DNA of 64,000 bases from Candidatus Multivoradales bacterium (lineage in GTDB: Bacteria > Acidobacteriota > Thermoanaerobaculia > Multivoradales > JAHEKO01): the NCBI GenBank assembly GCA_965223155.1, contig CBDCVR010000015.1:96001-160000 (forward strand), read 5' to 3'. Below the pieces are notes generated by a model. It ran no database searches. It was not told where the DNA came from and worked only from the letters and a program-made list of their open reading frames with translations. The first letter of the stretch is position 1. Each line of letters starts with the position of its first letter. Both the position numbers and the translations under genes were made by a program. Of the stretch, positions 1-11,403 are shown one piece after another.

Positions 1-12
1 GCGCGGAAGCGC

Positions 13-2619
13 TCAGGGCGTGCCGGCGGCGGTAAGCCGCTCGAACGCTTCGGTCGCGTGGAAGCGGCGAAACTCGTCCTCCTGACGGATGAGATCCGCC
101 GACACCCCCAGGGAGATCGCCTGGCCCAGCGCCTCGAGCGCCTCGCCGTCTTCTCCGCAAAGAGCGTGCACCAGTGCCCGATCGTGGAAGTTCTGACCGG
201 TCGGTGGTAGCTCGGCCTTGAGGCCCGAAGCCAGCTCGGTCGCGACCGCGCACTCCCCAGCCTTGGCGGCGTAGAGCGCTCTCGAGACCCGCAGCTCGTT
301 GGACTGCGGCGTCCGCTCGAGAGCCGCTTCCACCAGCTCCATCGCGCGCCGGTACGACGCGTGGGCGGCGTGGGTCTCGCCGCGGCGCAGCAGAAGGTCG
401 GCCAGATTGCCGTGCTTGATCGGGTCGGCAGGCTCCAACCGCACCGCCAGCCGGTAAAACTCCTCGGCCTTGTCCAGGCGGTCCGCGAAGTAATAGGCGG
501 TCCCGATGTTGCCCGCCAGCCTGGCATCCTCAATGGGGTGATCGAGCGCCTCGTAGGCAGCAATGGCGCCCTTGAAGTCCGCCTCCCGGAGGTACACCGC
601 GGCCAGGTTCCAGTGCGGCCAGCCGATCCCCTCCGGAGCCAAGTCCGCGGCCTCTTCGAAGGCCGCGCGCGCCCCCGGATAGTCGCCCTTGCGCACCAGG
701 AAGCCGCCCAGGGAGTTCCAGTGAAACCAGTGATCGCTGCGTAGCGCGACCGCCGTCCTGAGCGAGCTTTCCGCCGCCGCGAGGTCCCCGGCCTCTTCGT
801 AGGCGAAGGCCAGCTCCCGATGGGCCTCGTCCGGTCGCGGGTGCCGCGCCAGGAGCGAGCGCAGCTCGGCAAGCGATTCCGCATACCGCCCCGAGGCCCT
901 CAGCACTTTGGCCATTCCCAGAAGGGCCGCTGGCAGCGACGCATCCAGCTCCAGGGCACGGTTCGCTGAGCGCTCGGCCTCGGCCAGCCAACTGGGGTCC
1001 TTCGAGCGCTCGAAGAGCCGCAACGAGGCTTCGGTCAGACCGGCCTCGGCCAGAGCGAAGTCTGGATCCGTGCGCACGGCCTCGCGAAACAGGTCCCGGG
1101 CGAACTCCAGGCTGCGGGGCCGGTCCACGGTCTCCAAGAACTGGTGCGCCTGGAGGTAGAGATCGTAGGCCCGCGCGGAACCGGTTGGCTCACGCGCCAG
1201 CCGGCGGCGCTCGGACCAGGAGAGCGGCACCGAGACGAACCGGGCCAGGTCGCGAGCCATCGAGCCCTGCAAGGCGGCCATCCCGTCCCGGGCGCCGTGA
1301 TAGCTCTCGGACCACAAGACGACGCCGTTGCCGGCGTCGGCCAAGTGGACGTCGACCCGCAGTCCGTTCGGTTCGCGGTGGAACTCGCCTCCCACGATGG
1401 CGGCGACCCCCAGCTTCTTGCCCAGCTCGGTGGGGCTCAAGCCTTCCCGCTCGAAGCTCCAAGCCTCGGACCGGCTGAGCACGCTCAGGCCGCCGGCGTT
1501 GGTCAGTTGGGCGATGAGAGCCGCGCCCAGGCCTTCTCCGAGGTAGTCCTGGTTGGCGTCGCCCGTGAGATTCTGGAACGGCAAGACGGCCAGGACGTCG
1601 TAGCCGGCCGGAGCCCGATCTTGACGCGCGCTCAGCGTCCAAAAGGCGAGACCGGCGAGGCCGAGTCCGGCCAGCACCGCCAGCACCGTAAGTAGCCGAC
1701 CAGGCCAGCGGCCGGCGCGGACCGGTTCCAGCTCGTCAGTCAGCGTCGAGGTACGCACTTGGCCCGAGGCCACCTCGCCACCGAGCGCCGCCAGGTCCTC
1801 GCGCAGATCCTGGGTTGCTCGGTACCGGTGTTCCACGTCTTTCGCCAGGCAGCGGCGCACGATCCGCCCCAGATGGAAGGGCAGGTCTTCGCGCAGCTCG
1901 GGCACTTGCCGGGGATCCTGCGTCAGGATCGCCGAAGCCACGTCCATCGAGCTCGCGCCCGCAAACGGCCGCTCACCCGTCGCCATCTCATGCAGGATGA
2001 CCCCGAGCGAGAAGATGTCGCTCTGGTGATCGACGGGCTGCCCGCGCACCTGCTCGGGCGACATGTACGCCAAGGTCCCCAGAACCCGGCCCGGATCGGT
2101 CAGAGTCTCGGCCGTTCGTCCGGCGGCATCGGTCGAGATGCCCTCGTCAACGCCGAGCTTGGCGAGGCCAAAGTCCAGGACCTTGACGGTTCCGTTTCGG
2201 TCCACCAGCACGTTGCTGGGCTTCAAGTCCCGGTGCACGACGCCCTGTTCGTGGGCGGCGGCGACCCCTTCGACCAGAGGCACCGCCAGATCGAAGAAGC
2301 GCTCCAGGGGCAGGCCGCCCGACGGAATGAGCTCGCCGAGGCGCCGCCCCTCGACCAATTCCATGGTCAGGAAATGAATGTCGTCGGCGTGCTCGACCGA
2401 ATGGATCGCCACGATGTTGGGGTGCTGGAGCCGGGCAAGCGCCTGCGCTTCGCGCTGAAACCGCTCGAGCCTCTCGGCGCTGGCCGCGAACTCCGGCGGC
2501 AGGACCTTGAGAGCTACTCGCCTCTTGAGCCGGCTGTCCTCGGCCACGAAGACCTCGCCCATGCCGCCGGCACCAAGCCTCTCTACAACTCGGTAGTGAG
2601 ACAGGCTTCGTCCAATCAT
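13..2619 (-). CDS. Hanks-type Ser/Thr protein kinase with TM segment, TolB-N-like domain and TPR repeats
   Basis: GAGGMGEV, VALK, HRDLKPSN, DFGLAK and GTLAYMSPE motifs; TM helix; LAVLPFQNL domain; TPRs. Start reassigned to ATG 2619 (MIGRSLSHY), with GGGAG and TATACT upstream. Confidence 0.93.
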   Translation of the reverse strand: MIGRSLSHYRVVERLGAGGMGEVFVAEDSRLKRRVALKVLPPEFAASAERLERFQREAQALARLQHPNIVAIHSVEHADDIHFLTMELVEGRRLGELIPSGGLPLERFFDLAVPLVEGVAAAHEQGVVHRDLKPSNVLVDRNGTVKVLDFGLAKLGVDEGISTDAAGRTAETLTDPGRVLGTLAYMSPEQVRGQPVDHQSDIFSLGVILHEMATGERPFAGASSMDVASAILTQDPRQVPELREDLPFHLGRIVRRCLAKDVEHRYRATQDLREDLAALGGEVASGQVRTSTLTDELEPVRAGRWPGRLLTVLAVLAGLGLAGLAFWTLSARQDRAPAGYDVLAVLPFQNLTGDANQDYLGEGLGAALIAQLTNAGGLSVLSRSEAWSFEREGLSPTELGKKLGVAAIVGGEFHREPNGLRVDVHLADAGNGVVLWSESYHGARDGMAALQGSMARDLARFVSVPLSWSERRRLAREPTGSARAYDLYLQAHQFLETVDRPRSLEFARDLFREAVRTDPDFALAEAGLTEASLRLFERSKDPSWLAEAERSANRALELDASLPAALLGMAKVLRASGRYAESLAELRSLLARHPRPDEAHRELAFAYEEAGDLAAAESSLRTAVALRSDHWFHWNSLGGFLVRKGDYPGARAAFEEAADLAPEGIGWPHWNLAAVYLREADFKGAIAAYEALDHPIEDARLAGNIGTAYYFADRLDKAEEFYRLAVRLEPADPIKHGNLADLLLRRGETHAAHASYRRAMELVEAALERTPQSNELRVSRALYAAKAGECAVATELASGLKAELPPTGQNFHDRALVHALCGEDGEALEALGQAISLGVSADLIRQEDEFRRFHATEAFERLTAAGTP

Positions 2620-2719
2620 CGGTCCGCGCTCCCGCCGCGTATCCCGAGTATAAGTCCGGCCCGAGTCTTCGCGCGCAACGGCCTCACCCGGGCTTGCCCG
2701 GTCGCCATAGAATGGCTCC

Positions 2720-3469
2720 ATGAACTGGCAGGCGGCAGCCGGAGCTTGGCTTGCGATCGCGCTCGTGAGCGTGCCGCCCGCGTCCGGCTGGACCAAGGAG
2801 ACTCATCTCGAGATCGCAAAGCAGGCGGCGCTCATCGCGCCACCCGATCTCCTGCGCTTGGTCAAGCGGCACGAGCAGGCGTTCGTGCGCGGGGTCCTGG
2901 CGGAGCTGGGATCGGATCGTCACCGGGCGGCAAACGCCGATCCGACGCGATCGGCCGCCGCCAGCGCCCGCAAGGCGGCCACGGCAATCGCCCGCCTGAC
3001 ACCGTTCGAGACCGTAATTGAAGAACTGGGCCGGCTAGCGGTGCTCACGGCCGACAGCAACCACCCGCTGCGCCTCGCCGACGGCGACCCCGCCGAAGTT
3101 CGCTACCGGTCCGACTACGGCCGCTACGTCGGCAGCGCCTTTGCAAGGTTTCCAGTCGTGTTCTACGGCACCGGCAGGGATCTGCGCAGCGGCGAAGACG
3201 TCGAGCTCTTGTTCGGCCAGACCGGCCGGCGCGGACGGCGCCTCTACCCCATGATCGGCCGCGAGTATCAGCGCGTCGGCCGCATCGACGGAGTCCGGGA
3301 GTTCGACGACCGCTCGACAGCATTCGGTGTCGGCTCCTTGTCGTTCAGTCACTCGGTGAGCGATCTGGCCGCGCTCTACCGCTACGTCTGGCTGGCTTCG
3401 GGAGGCGCCGACAGCCGCGACCTGCCCCTGTCCCGTCCCGGACGCCAGGCGGCCGCGGTCGCCCGCTAG
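2720..3469 (+). CDS. Secreted protein, distant S1/P1 nuclease / Zn-phospholipase C-like with degenerate metal ligands
   Basis: Signal peptide then W-x4-H-x2-IA; GRLAVLTADSNHPL resembles the LxHxxxDxxxPLH segment. TAGAAT lies 6 nt before the ATG. Confidence 0.55.
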   Translation: MNWQAAAGAWLAIALVSVPPASGWTKETHLEIAKQAALIAPPDLLRLVKRHEQAFVRGVLAELGSDRHRAANADPTRSAAASARKAATAIARLTPFETVIEELGRLAVLTADSNHPLRLADGDPAEVRYRSDYGRYVGSAFARFPVVFYGTGRDLRSGEDVELLFGQTGRRGRRLYPMIGREYQRVGRIDGVREFDDRSTAFGVGSLSFSHSVSDLAALYRYVWLASGGADSRDLPLSRPGRQAAAVAR

Positions 3470-3484
3470 CAGGAAACGCCGCGA

Positions 3485-5032
3485 ATGCTGCAAGCGAAAC
3501 GCGCTCTGATCTCGGTCTTCGCCAAGGACGGCGTGGTGGACTTCGCCAAGGGCCTGCGCCGGTTGGGCATCGAGATCCTGTCCACCGGGGGCACCTACCG
3601 GACCCTCCAGGGCGCCGGTCTCGAGCTCATCCGGGTGGCCGACGTCACCGGATACCCCGAGATCCTGAGCGGCCGGGTCAAGACCCTGCACCCCCAGATC
3701 CACGGCGGCATCCTCGCCGACCGGGAGAAGGCCTCGCACCTGTCCGAGCTGGGCACCCACCGGATCACAGCGATCGATCTCGTGGCCGTGAACCTGTATC
3801 CGTTCCAGGAGGTCGCCGCAGCCCCGGGCTCGCGCTTCGAGGACATCGTCGAGATGATCGACATCGGCGGCCCGGCGATGATCCGCGCCGCCGCCAAGAA
3901 CCATCGCGGCGTCGTGGTGATCGTGGATCCCGCCGACTACGCCCAGGTGCTGGCGGCTCTCGAAGAGGCGGACGGCACGGTGCCGGAGCCGCTACGCCGG
4001 CGACTTGCGCTCAAGGCGTTCCGCCACACGCAGGCTTATGACGCCGCCATCGCGCACTGGCTGGAGAGCATGTCGGCGGAAGGCGGCGACGGTCTGCCCA
4101 GACATCACCTCCTGGACCTGGATCTCGTGACCCGGCTTCGCTACGGCGAGAACCCGCACCAGAACGCGGCCCTTTATCGTACCCAAGGAGACGGCGGGAT
4201 CCTGGGTGGTTTTCACCAGCTTCAGGGCAAGGAGCTTTCCTTCAACAACCTGCTCGACGCCGACTCTGCTCGGCGCATGGCCGGGGCCTTCGGGGATCCG
4301 GTCGCGGTCATCGTCAAGCACAACAATCCCTGCGGCGTGGGTCTCGGCGAGGACGTCGCCAAGGCCTACGAGCGGGCCCTGGCCTGCGACCCGATGTCGG
4401 CTTTCGGCTCGGTGGTGGCGGTCAACCGGACCATCGACCTCGCGCTGGCCGAAGCCCTGGCTCCCCAGTTCGTCGAGGTCGTGGTCGCACCCCAGTTCGA
4501 CGAGGACGCCGTCACCCGGCTGTCGCGCAAGACCGATCTCCGGCTGCTCGCCGCCCCCTTGCGCACCGAGTCCGGCCGCTGGGATCTGCGGCCAATCGAG
4601 GGCGGTTTCCTGGTCCAGGAAGCCGACGCCATCGCCGCCGATGCAGTGGCCTGGAGCTGCCCGACCCGGCGCCAGCCCACCGACGAAGAGCGATCCGCGC
4701 TCGAGTTCGCCTGGACCGTCGTCGGCCACGTGCGTTCCAATGCCATCGTGGTTGCCAACAACCTCCAGACCGTCGGCATCGGCGCCGGCCAGATGAGCCG
4801 GATCGACTCCTGCAAGATCGCCGTCGGCAAGGCCCAGATTCCACTCGCCTCCACGGTGGCGGCGTCGGACGCATTCTTCCCCTTCCGGGACGGCCTGGAC
4901 GTTCTCGCCGAAGCCGGCGTCCGGGCCGTGGTCCAGCCCGGAGGCAGCAAGCGGGACGACGAGGTCGTCGCCGCAGCCGACGAACACGGCATGACGATGC
5001 TCCTGACCGGCCGGAGGCACTTTCGACATTGA
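3485..5032 (+). CDS. purH: Bifunctional AICAR transformylase/IMP cyclohydrolase
   Basis: RALISV, STGGT, GRVKTLHP, IDIGGP, LRYGENPHQ, KHNNPCG, SDAFFPF, QPGGS and RHFRH motifs. Confidence 0.98.
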   Translation: MLQAKRALISVFAKDGVVDFAKGLRRLGIEILSTGGTYRTLQGAGLELIRVADVTGYPEILSGRVKTLHPQIHGGILADREKASHLSELGTHRITAIDLVAVNLYPFQEVAAAPGSRFEDIVEMIDIGGPAMIRAAAKNHRGVVVIVDPADYAQVLAALEEADGTVPEPLRRRLALKAFRHTQAYDAAIAHWLESMSAEGGDGLPRHHLLDLDLVTRLRYGENPHQNAALYRTQGDGGILGGFHQLQGKELSFNNLLDADSARRMAGAFGDPVAVIVKHNNPCGVGLGEDVAKAYERALACDPMSAFGSVVAVNRTIDLALAEALAPQFVEVVVAPQFDEDAVTRLSRKTDLRLLAAPLRTESGRWDLRPIEGGFLVQEADAIAADAVAWSCPTRRQPTDEERSALEFAWTVVGHVRSNAIVVANNLQTVGIGAGQMSRIDSCKIAVGKAQIPLASTVAASDAFFPFRDGLDVLAEAGVRAVVQPGGSKRDDEVVAAADEHGMTMLLTGRRHFRH

Positions 5033-5079
5033 GCCGCCGACGCCGAGATCCCCGATCCGGCACCGTCGAGTGCCCGCAG

Positions 5080-5736
5080 ATGCCTTTCCGAGCCCGCGGC
5101 AAGAGCGCACTCCCGTGGGCCCTGGTGGCCGTCCTCGGACCGCTCGCCGCCCTTGCCGGCGCCGTGTCCGGATCCGACGCCTGGGTTCTCTTGGACGACG
5201 CGCGCACGCGCTTGACCGCATCCGCTCCGTTCGAGGCGGATTTTGTCCAGTACTACGTCCCCAACGGCTTTTCGACCGGGGACTCCGAGACCGGCACGCT
5301 CTATCTAGATATGCCGGGATGTCTGCGTTGGTCGTACGGTGAGCCCTTTCCCAAGGACTTCCTGCTATGCGGTGACTGGGTCTACACCTGGAATCCCGGC
5401 GAGCCCAGCGGACGCCGCTACCGGCTCCAGGGCGGTGAGACCGAGGGGCTCGAGCTCTTGCGCCTGGAGACCGACCGGCTCCGAGCCCGGTACCAGGCCG
5501 ACGCCGAGACGACTGCTGAGGGCAACACTCTCGTCCGGCTCGTGCCCGTGGATGAGGCCGCCGAGTTTCAGGCCGCTTCGTTCGTGCTCGCCCGCGTCGA
5601 CGGCACGATCCTGAGCCTGGAATACGAGGATCGAACCGGCAATCGGACCGCCTTCGAGTTCTCCGAAGCGCACGCACTCGAGGCCGGCGCCGAGCTCTTC
5701 GAAGTGCCCGACGATCTGGAGTGGCTCGAGGACTGA
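5080..5736 (+). CDS. lolA: Outer-membrane lipoprotein carrier LolA-like protein
   Basis: Signal peptide; ADFVQ...GTLYL..PG.LRWSY..P pattern; C-terminal LFEVP. Confidence 0.75.
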   Translation: MPFRARGKSALPWALVAVLGPLAALAGAVSGSDAWVLLDDARTRLTASAPFEADFVQYYVPNGFSTGDSETGTLYLDMPGCLRWSYGEPFPKDFLLCGDWVYTWNPGEPSGRRYRLQGGETEGLELLRLETDRLRARYQADAETTAEGNTLVRLVPVDEAAEFQAASFVLARVDGTILSLEYEDRTGNRTAFEFSEAHALEAGAELFEVPDDLEWLED

Positions 5737-5812
5737 CCGCTACCGCCGTCCTCGAGGGCGAACCCGGACCCCGCGCCGTCCAGGCCGCCAGACCGTATAA
5801 TCAAGGCATTCC

Positions 5813-6502
5813 ATGCTGACCGAAGTCGCCAGGGGTGCGCTCGCCCTCGCCGTGCTCGCTGCTTTCGGATGCGGCTCGGCGCCGGCCAAGGCCCCCTGGA
5901 ATCGCGCCCCCCACAAGGAAGGTGAACCCGTCTCGATCACGGGCGTTGTAACCGACACCGGCAGCCGGCCGGTGGAGGGCGTCGAGGTCGTTTTTCGAGC
6001 CAGCCGCGAGAAGTTCGACTACCTCCGGCTGCGCAAGCGTGAGGGCGTCGAACGCGACGCCGCGACCCGAACCTCGGCCGCCGGGGCCTTCGCGATCGAG
6101 TGGCCCTGGGATCCCGGCTTCAACCAGTTCGACTTGTTTCTCGGCGTCACCGTCGGCCGCCCCGGCGGGGAGGAGTTCCATGTCCTGGCGCACGAGGAGC
6201 TGACCGGTCGGATCCGGGCCGGCGGCCCGGTGGTCGTGTCGGTGGAGCTCGAAAACGTGGAGTTCCTGGCCACGTTCCGCGAGTTCCTCGCGTCCTTGGA
6301 GAGCGATGCCCAGCGCGAGATCTACCGCCATGCCGGAAAACCGGATAAGGTCCAGCGCAGAATCTTGCCCGAGCACGTCGAGGTGGATTGGTGGTATTTC
6401 TCGCTCGGCAAGGTCTACCGGTTTCGGGATGGAGCCCTCGATTCGACCGAAGACTTCGAACCCGTGCTCGAGTTCGAGCAGAGCGAGACTCCGGGTAGCT
6501 AG
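5813..6502 (+). CDS. Putative lipoprotein (carboxypeptidase-regulatory-like N-domain, SmpA/BamE-like C-terminal motif)
   Basis: Lipobox LAAFGC; ITGVVTD..SRPVEGVEV; GKPD...WWY. TATAAT at 5796-5801. Confidence 0.6.
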   Translation: MLTEVARGALALAVLAAFGCGSAPAKAPWNRAPHKEGEPVSITGVVTDTGSRPVEGVEVVFRASREKFDYLRLRKREGVERDAATRTSAAGAFAIEWPWDPGFNQFDLFLGVTVGRPGGEEFHVLAHEELTGRIRAGGPVVVSVELENVEFLATFREFLASLESDAQREIYRHAGKPDKVQRRILPEHVEVDWWYFSLGKVYRFRDGALDSTEDFEPVLEFEQSETPGS

Positions 6503-6523
6503 GTAGCAGCCAGGCATCGAATC

Positions 6524-7579
6524 TTGAGCCACAATCCCTCAGTCGCGCCGTCTCTGGCTTCGCCACCGGCGACCGCCTCCGAGCCCCAAACTCCTGAGGC
6601 GAAGGGAGTTCAGGGCGAGAGATTCCTGGCGCTCGTGGCCGATCGCCTGGCCGCGGTCGAAGACATTCTGCGCGAGCAGCTCGCCTCGGACGTTCCCTTC
6701 ATCGAAGACGCGGCCGGCTACCTCGTCAACGGCGGCGGCAAGCGGGTCCGGCCGGCGCTTCTGCTCTTGGCTTCGCAGATGCTGGAGGCCGAGTCCGACG
6801 AGGATCTGACCTATGCCGCGGTGGTCGAGCTCATCCACACGGCTTCCCTGATCCACGACGACATCATCGACAACGCCGAGCTCCGGCGAGGCCGGACGGC
6901 CGCCCATCGGGTCTGGGATACCAGCCGGACCGTGCTTCTGGGCGACTGGCTCTACACCACCTCGATGCGGACGGCCCTGAGCCACGACCGGCTGGAGATC
7001 GTGCGCCGCCTCTGCGACGCCGTTCTGCGCATGACCGAGGGCGAGCTTCTCGTCCTCGAGCGGCTGGGCGCCGCCGACGTCACCGTGGACGAGTACTTCG
7101 ACGTCATCGAGCGCAAGACCGCCCATCTCTTTGCTGCGGCCTGTTCGATTCCGGCCTTGAAGCTCGACGGCGGTGGCGCGGCAACGGCTCTGGGCGAATA
7201 CGGCCGCTCCCTCGGCCTCTGCTTTCAGTTGGTCGACGATCTGCTCGACTTCACCTCGGACCAGGAGACCCTGGGCAAGCCGGTCCTTTCCGATCTGACC
7301 GGAGGCAAGCTAACGCTGCCGCTGGTTCTGCTCCTGCCGCGGCTGGACAGCGGCCGGCGCCGCTGGATCGAGTGGATCCTCGAGGACCGGGAGTTCCGGC
7401 GCGTCGATACCAGCCAGATTCTGGAGCTGGTCCAGGCCCACGGGACCCTGGACGAGGTGCGGGAGATGGCCGCCTCGTACGCCTCAGCCGCCCAGGCGGC
7501 TCTCGAAGGCTTCCCGGCCTCGGACGCCCGTGATGCGCTCGAGTTCGCTCCAGAATTCATCCTCGACCGACGGGCTTGA
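6524..7579 (+). CDS. ispB: Trans-polyprenyl diphosphate synthase (IspB/HepT family)
   Basis: GGKRVRP, HDDIID..LRRG, KTA and FQLVDDLLD aspartate-rich motifs. Start uncertain. Confidence 0.88.
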   Translation: MSHNPSVAPSLASPPATASEPQTPEAKGVQGERFLALVADRLAAVEDILREQLASDVPFIEDAAGYLVNGGGKRVRPALLLLASQMLEAESDEDLTYAAVVELIHTASLIHDDIIDNAELRRGRTAAHRVWDTSRTVLLGDWLYTTSMRTALSHDRLEIVRRLCDAVLRMTEGELLVLERLGAADVTVDEYFDVIERKTAHLFAAACSIPALKLDGGGAATALGEYGRSLGLCFQLVDDLLDFTSDQETLGKPVLSDLTGGKLTLPLVLLLPRLDSGRRRWIEWILEDREFRRVDTSQILELVQAHGTLDEVREMAASYASAAQAALEGFPASDARDALEFAPEFILDRRA

Positions 7580-8719
7580 CGGCGGCTCGATGCCGAAGGC
7601 GGTGGACTCAATCGCCACGTCGTCGCGCAAGCTAGCGACCCAAGTCGGATCCACTTCGTAAGCGCGGACGCCCGAGACCTCGGCGGTCGCCAGCACCGTA
7701 ACGAATCGAAACGAGCGCGGCGACACGTCGGTCCAGGAGCCCCGGCCCACGGGCACCGCCCCGAAGGCCGCGGGTTCGGCGGTACCGGGCTCATAGGTCC
7801 GGTCCAGTCCCGGATAGATCAAGAGGCGCGCTCCGGCCCTCTCGGCCAGAACCACGTTGAGATAGCCGTGGACCGTACGGCCGAAATCGAAGAACACCCA
7901 GCGGCCGAGCGGAACCCGGTGTTCGGGAGGCGAGAAGGCTCGGGTCCACTTGTCTTGATCCAAGGGCCGCAGGCGGTCGACGACCGCCGCCGTTCCCGAC
8001 CCAGCCCCGGCGGCCAGCTGCTCATCGAGGCCCGAAACCCGGACCAGCTCTCGCGGCAGCCCCCAACGGCCGACAGGGGGCAGGCCCCAGACCCGTACCG
8101 GCAACGCTTCCTCCGGTTCGACGCCGGGCTCCAAGAGCCCCGGGACGTACCGATCGGTGGCCCTCCAGGTGCCGTCGCTCACAATCTCGGTGAAGCCGCT
8201 CTCGCCCTCGCGGCCGAGTTGCAACTGGACCAGCGCGCCACCCACGCCCCGGCGGCTCCGGACCTCGAGGGCGAGGCGGTTCGGACCGGGGCGAACGAGC
8301 TCGGCCAGCCGTCCGGTCAGGTCGTAGAGATCCACCGGGCTACCCTCGCGGTAGACGCCCGAGCCGATTGGCCGGCCGTTGAGATACGCCCAATAGGCTT
8401 CGTCGGCCTTGACGCGCAGTGACGCCAAGATGCTCGGATCGGCGGGATTCGAGAGCAGGGCGGCGACCGGAGCCGCGCCAGCACCGCCCGGGGGCGTGAC
8501 CTCGAAGTCCCGGTATAGGAAGACGTTGCGCCATTTCGAGGTCGTCAGCCCGACACCGGGGTCCTCGGCCGACCAGATCCAGCGCGCTTCCCCCGTGGGC
8601 AGGGTGGCAGCGGTGCGTGCCGGGCGCCACCAGACTTCCCAAGCGACCAAGACCGCGAGGCAAGCGACGATCGCGAGCCGCGTTCGCGGCCGGCGGGTCC
8701 TGGCGGAAAAGGGGGGCAC
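7484..8719 (-). CDS. Membrane-anchored hypothetical protein resembling the beta-sandwich domains of GH78 alpha-L-rhamnosidases
   Basis: N-terminal TM; ARWIW, AD..Y.AYLNG, GPNRLALEV, SDGTWRA, DFGR..HGY, SFRFV. No catalytic barrel. Confidence 0.5.
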   Translation of the reverse strand: MPPFSARTRRPRTRLAIVACLAVLVAWEVWWRPARTAATLPTGEARWIWSAEDPGVGLTTSKWRNVFLYRDFEVTPPGGAGAAPVAALLSNPADPSILASLRVKADEAYWAYLNGRPIGSGVYREGSPVDLYDLTGRLAELVRPGPNRLALEVRSRRGVGGALVQLQLGREGESGFTEIVSDGTWRATDRYVPGLLEPGVEPEEALPVRVWGLPPVGRWGLPRELVRVSGLDEQLAAGAGSGTAAVVDRLRPLDQDKWTRAFSPPEHRVPLGRWVFFDFGRTVHGYLNVVLAERAGARLLIYPGLDRTYEPGTAEPAAFGAVPVGRGSWTDVSPRSFRFVTVLATAEVSGVRAYEVDPTWVASLRDDVAIESTAFGIEPPSSPSVEDEFWSELERITGVRGREAFESRLGG

Positions 8720-8846
8720 AAGGGAATCCTCGACGGACCGGACGCGCCGGCCGCCTCCGGAATCTAGCCCGGATGGCCCTCGTTACCAAGGGGCTCCGTC
8801 CCGGGGCCCGCAAAGGCCCCCGGACAGCGGGGCGGACGGGCTCGCG

Positions 8847-8875
8847 TTGACTCTCTCCGGAGGCGCGAGTAGATT
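8847..8875 (+). promoter_or_regulatory. sigma70-type promoter of the kdsB-pyrG-kds operon
   Basis: TTGACT-N17-TAGATT, about 60 nt upstream of the kdsB ATG. Confidence 0.7.
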
Positions 8876-8935
8876 AGGCCGTGCCCCCTACCGAACCGAT
8901 TCGATTCGTAGCGACCCCTTCCAGCCGGGGCCCGC

Positions 8936-9712
8936 ATGACTAGGTCCGCCGTGGCCGCCATCCCGGCTCGCTACGCCTCCACGCGGCTGCCCGGCAAGCC
9001 CCTGATCCAGATCGGCGGCATGGTCCTGATCGAACGGGTTTTCCGGCAGGTAGCGCGGGCGCGGAGCATCCGCGAAACCATCGTCCTGACCGACGACGAC
9101 CGGATCGCCGAGACAGTGCGCGCTTTCGGCGGCCGTTGCGAGATGACCCCCACGGATCTACCTAGCGGCACCGACCGCATCGCGTACGCCGCCGGAGCCT
9201 GGAACGACCAAGTCGTCTTGAACGTCCAGGGGGACGAGCCCCTGATCGAGCCCGCGGCCCTCGACCGCTTGGCGGAGCACCTCCTGGAGCATCCCGAAGA
9301 GCCGGTGGCCACCCTGGCGGCACCGGCCGGCCCGGAAGACGCCGGCGATCCCAACGTGGTCAAGGTGGTCGCCGATTCGGCCGGGCGGGCGCTCTATTTC
9401 AGTCGAGCGCCGATTCCCTTTCCGCGGCACGCGGAGCACGCGACGTTTCACCGCCACATCGGCGTCTACGGGTACCAGAAAGAGGCATTGCTGGCGGCGG
9501 CCCGCCTGCCGCGGTCGCCACTCGAGCGGGCCGAATCGCTGGAGCAGCTGCGCCTCCTGGAGTCGGGCGTTCCGATCACGGTACTCCCGGTCCCGAACGC
9601 GTGGCCGGGAGTCGATACAATCCATGATGTCGGCAAGGTCGAGCGCCTGCTGGCGGAACGGGGCGATCCGCTGGCGCCGAGCGCCGCCGGCGCCGATGAG
9701 GGAGCTTCCTAG
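8936..9712 (+). CDS. kdsB: CMP-Kdo synthetase
   Basis: IPARYASTRLPGKPL, SGTDR, NVQGDEP, ALYFSRAPIP, HIGVYGY, LEQLR. Confidence 0.96.
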   Translation: MTRSAVAAIPARYASTRLPGKPLIQIGGMVLIERVFRQVARARSIRETIVLTDDDRIAETVRAFGGRCEMTPTDLPSGTDRIAYAAGAWNDQVVLNVQGDEPLIEPAALDRLAEHLLEHPEEPVATLAAPAGPEDAGDPNVVKVVADSAGRALYFSRAPIPFPRHAEHATFHRHIGVYGYQKEALLAAARLPRSPLERAESLEQLRLLESGVPITVLPVPNAWPGVDTIHDVGKVERLLAERGDPLAPSAAGADEGAS

Positions 9713-11380
<1,668 letters not shown>

Positions 11381-11403
11381 CCGGCCGTCATGGAATCTTC
11401 GCC

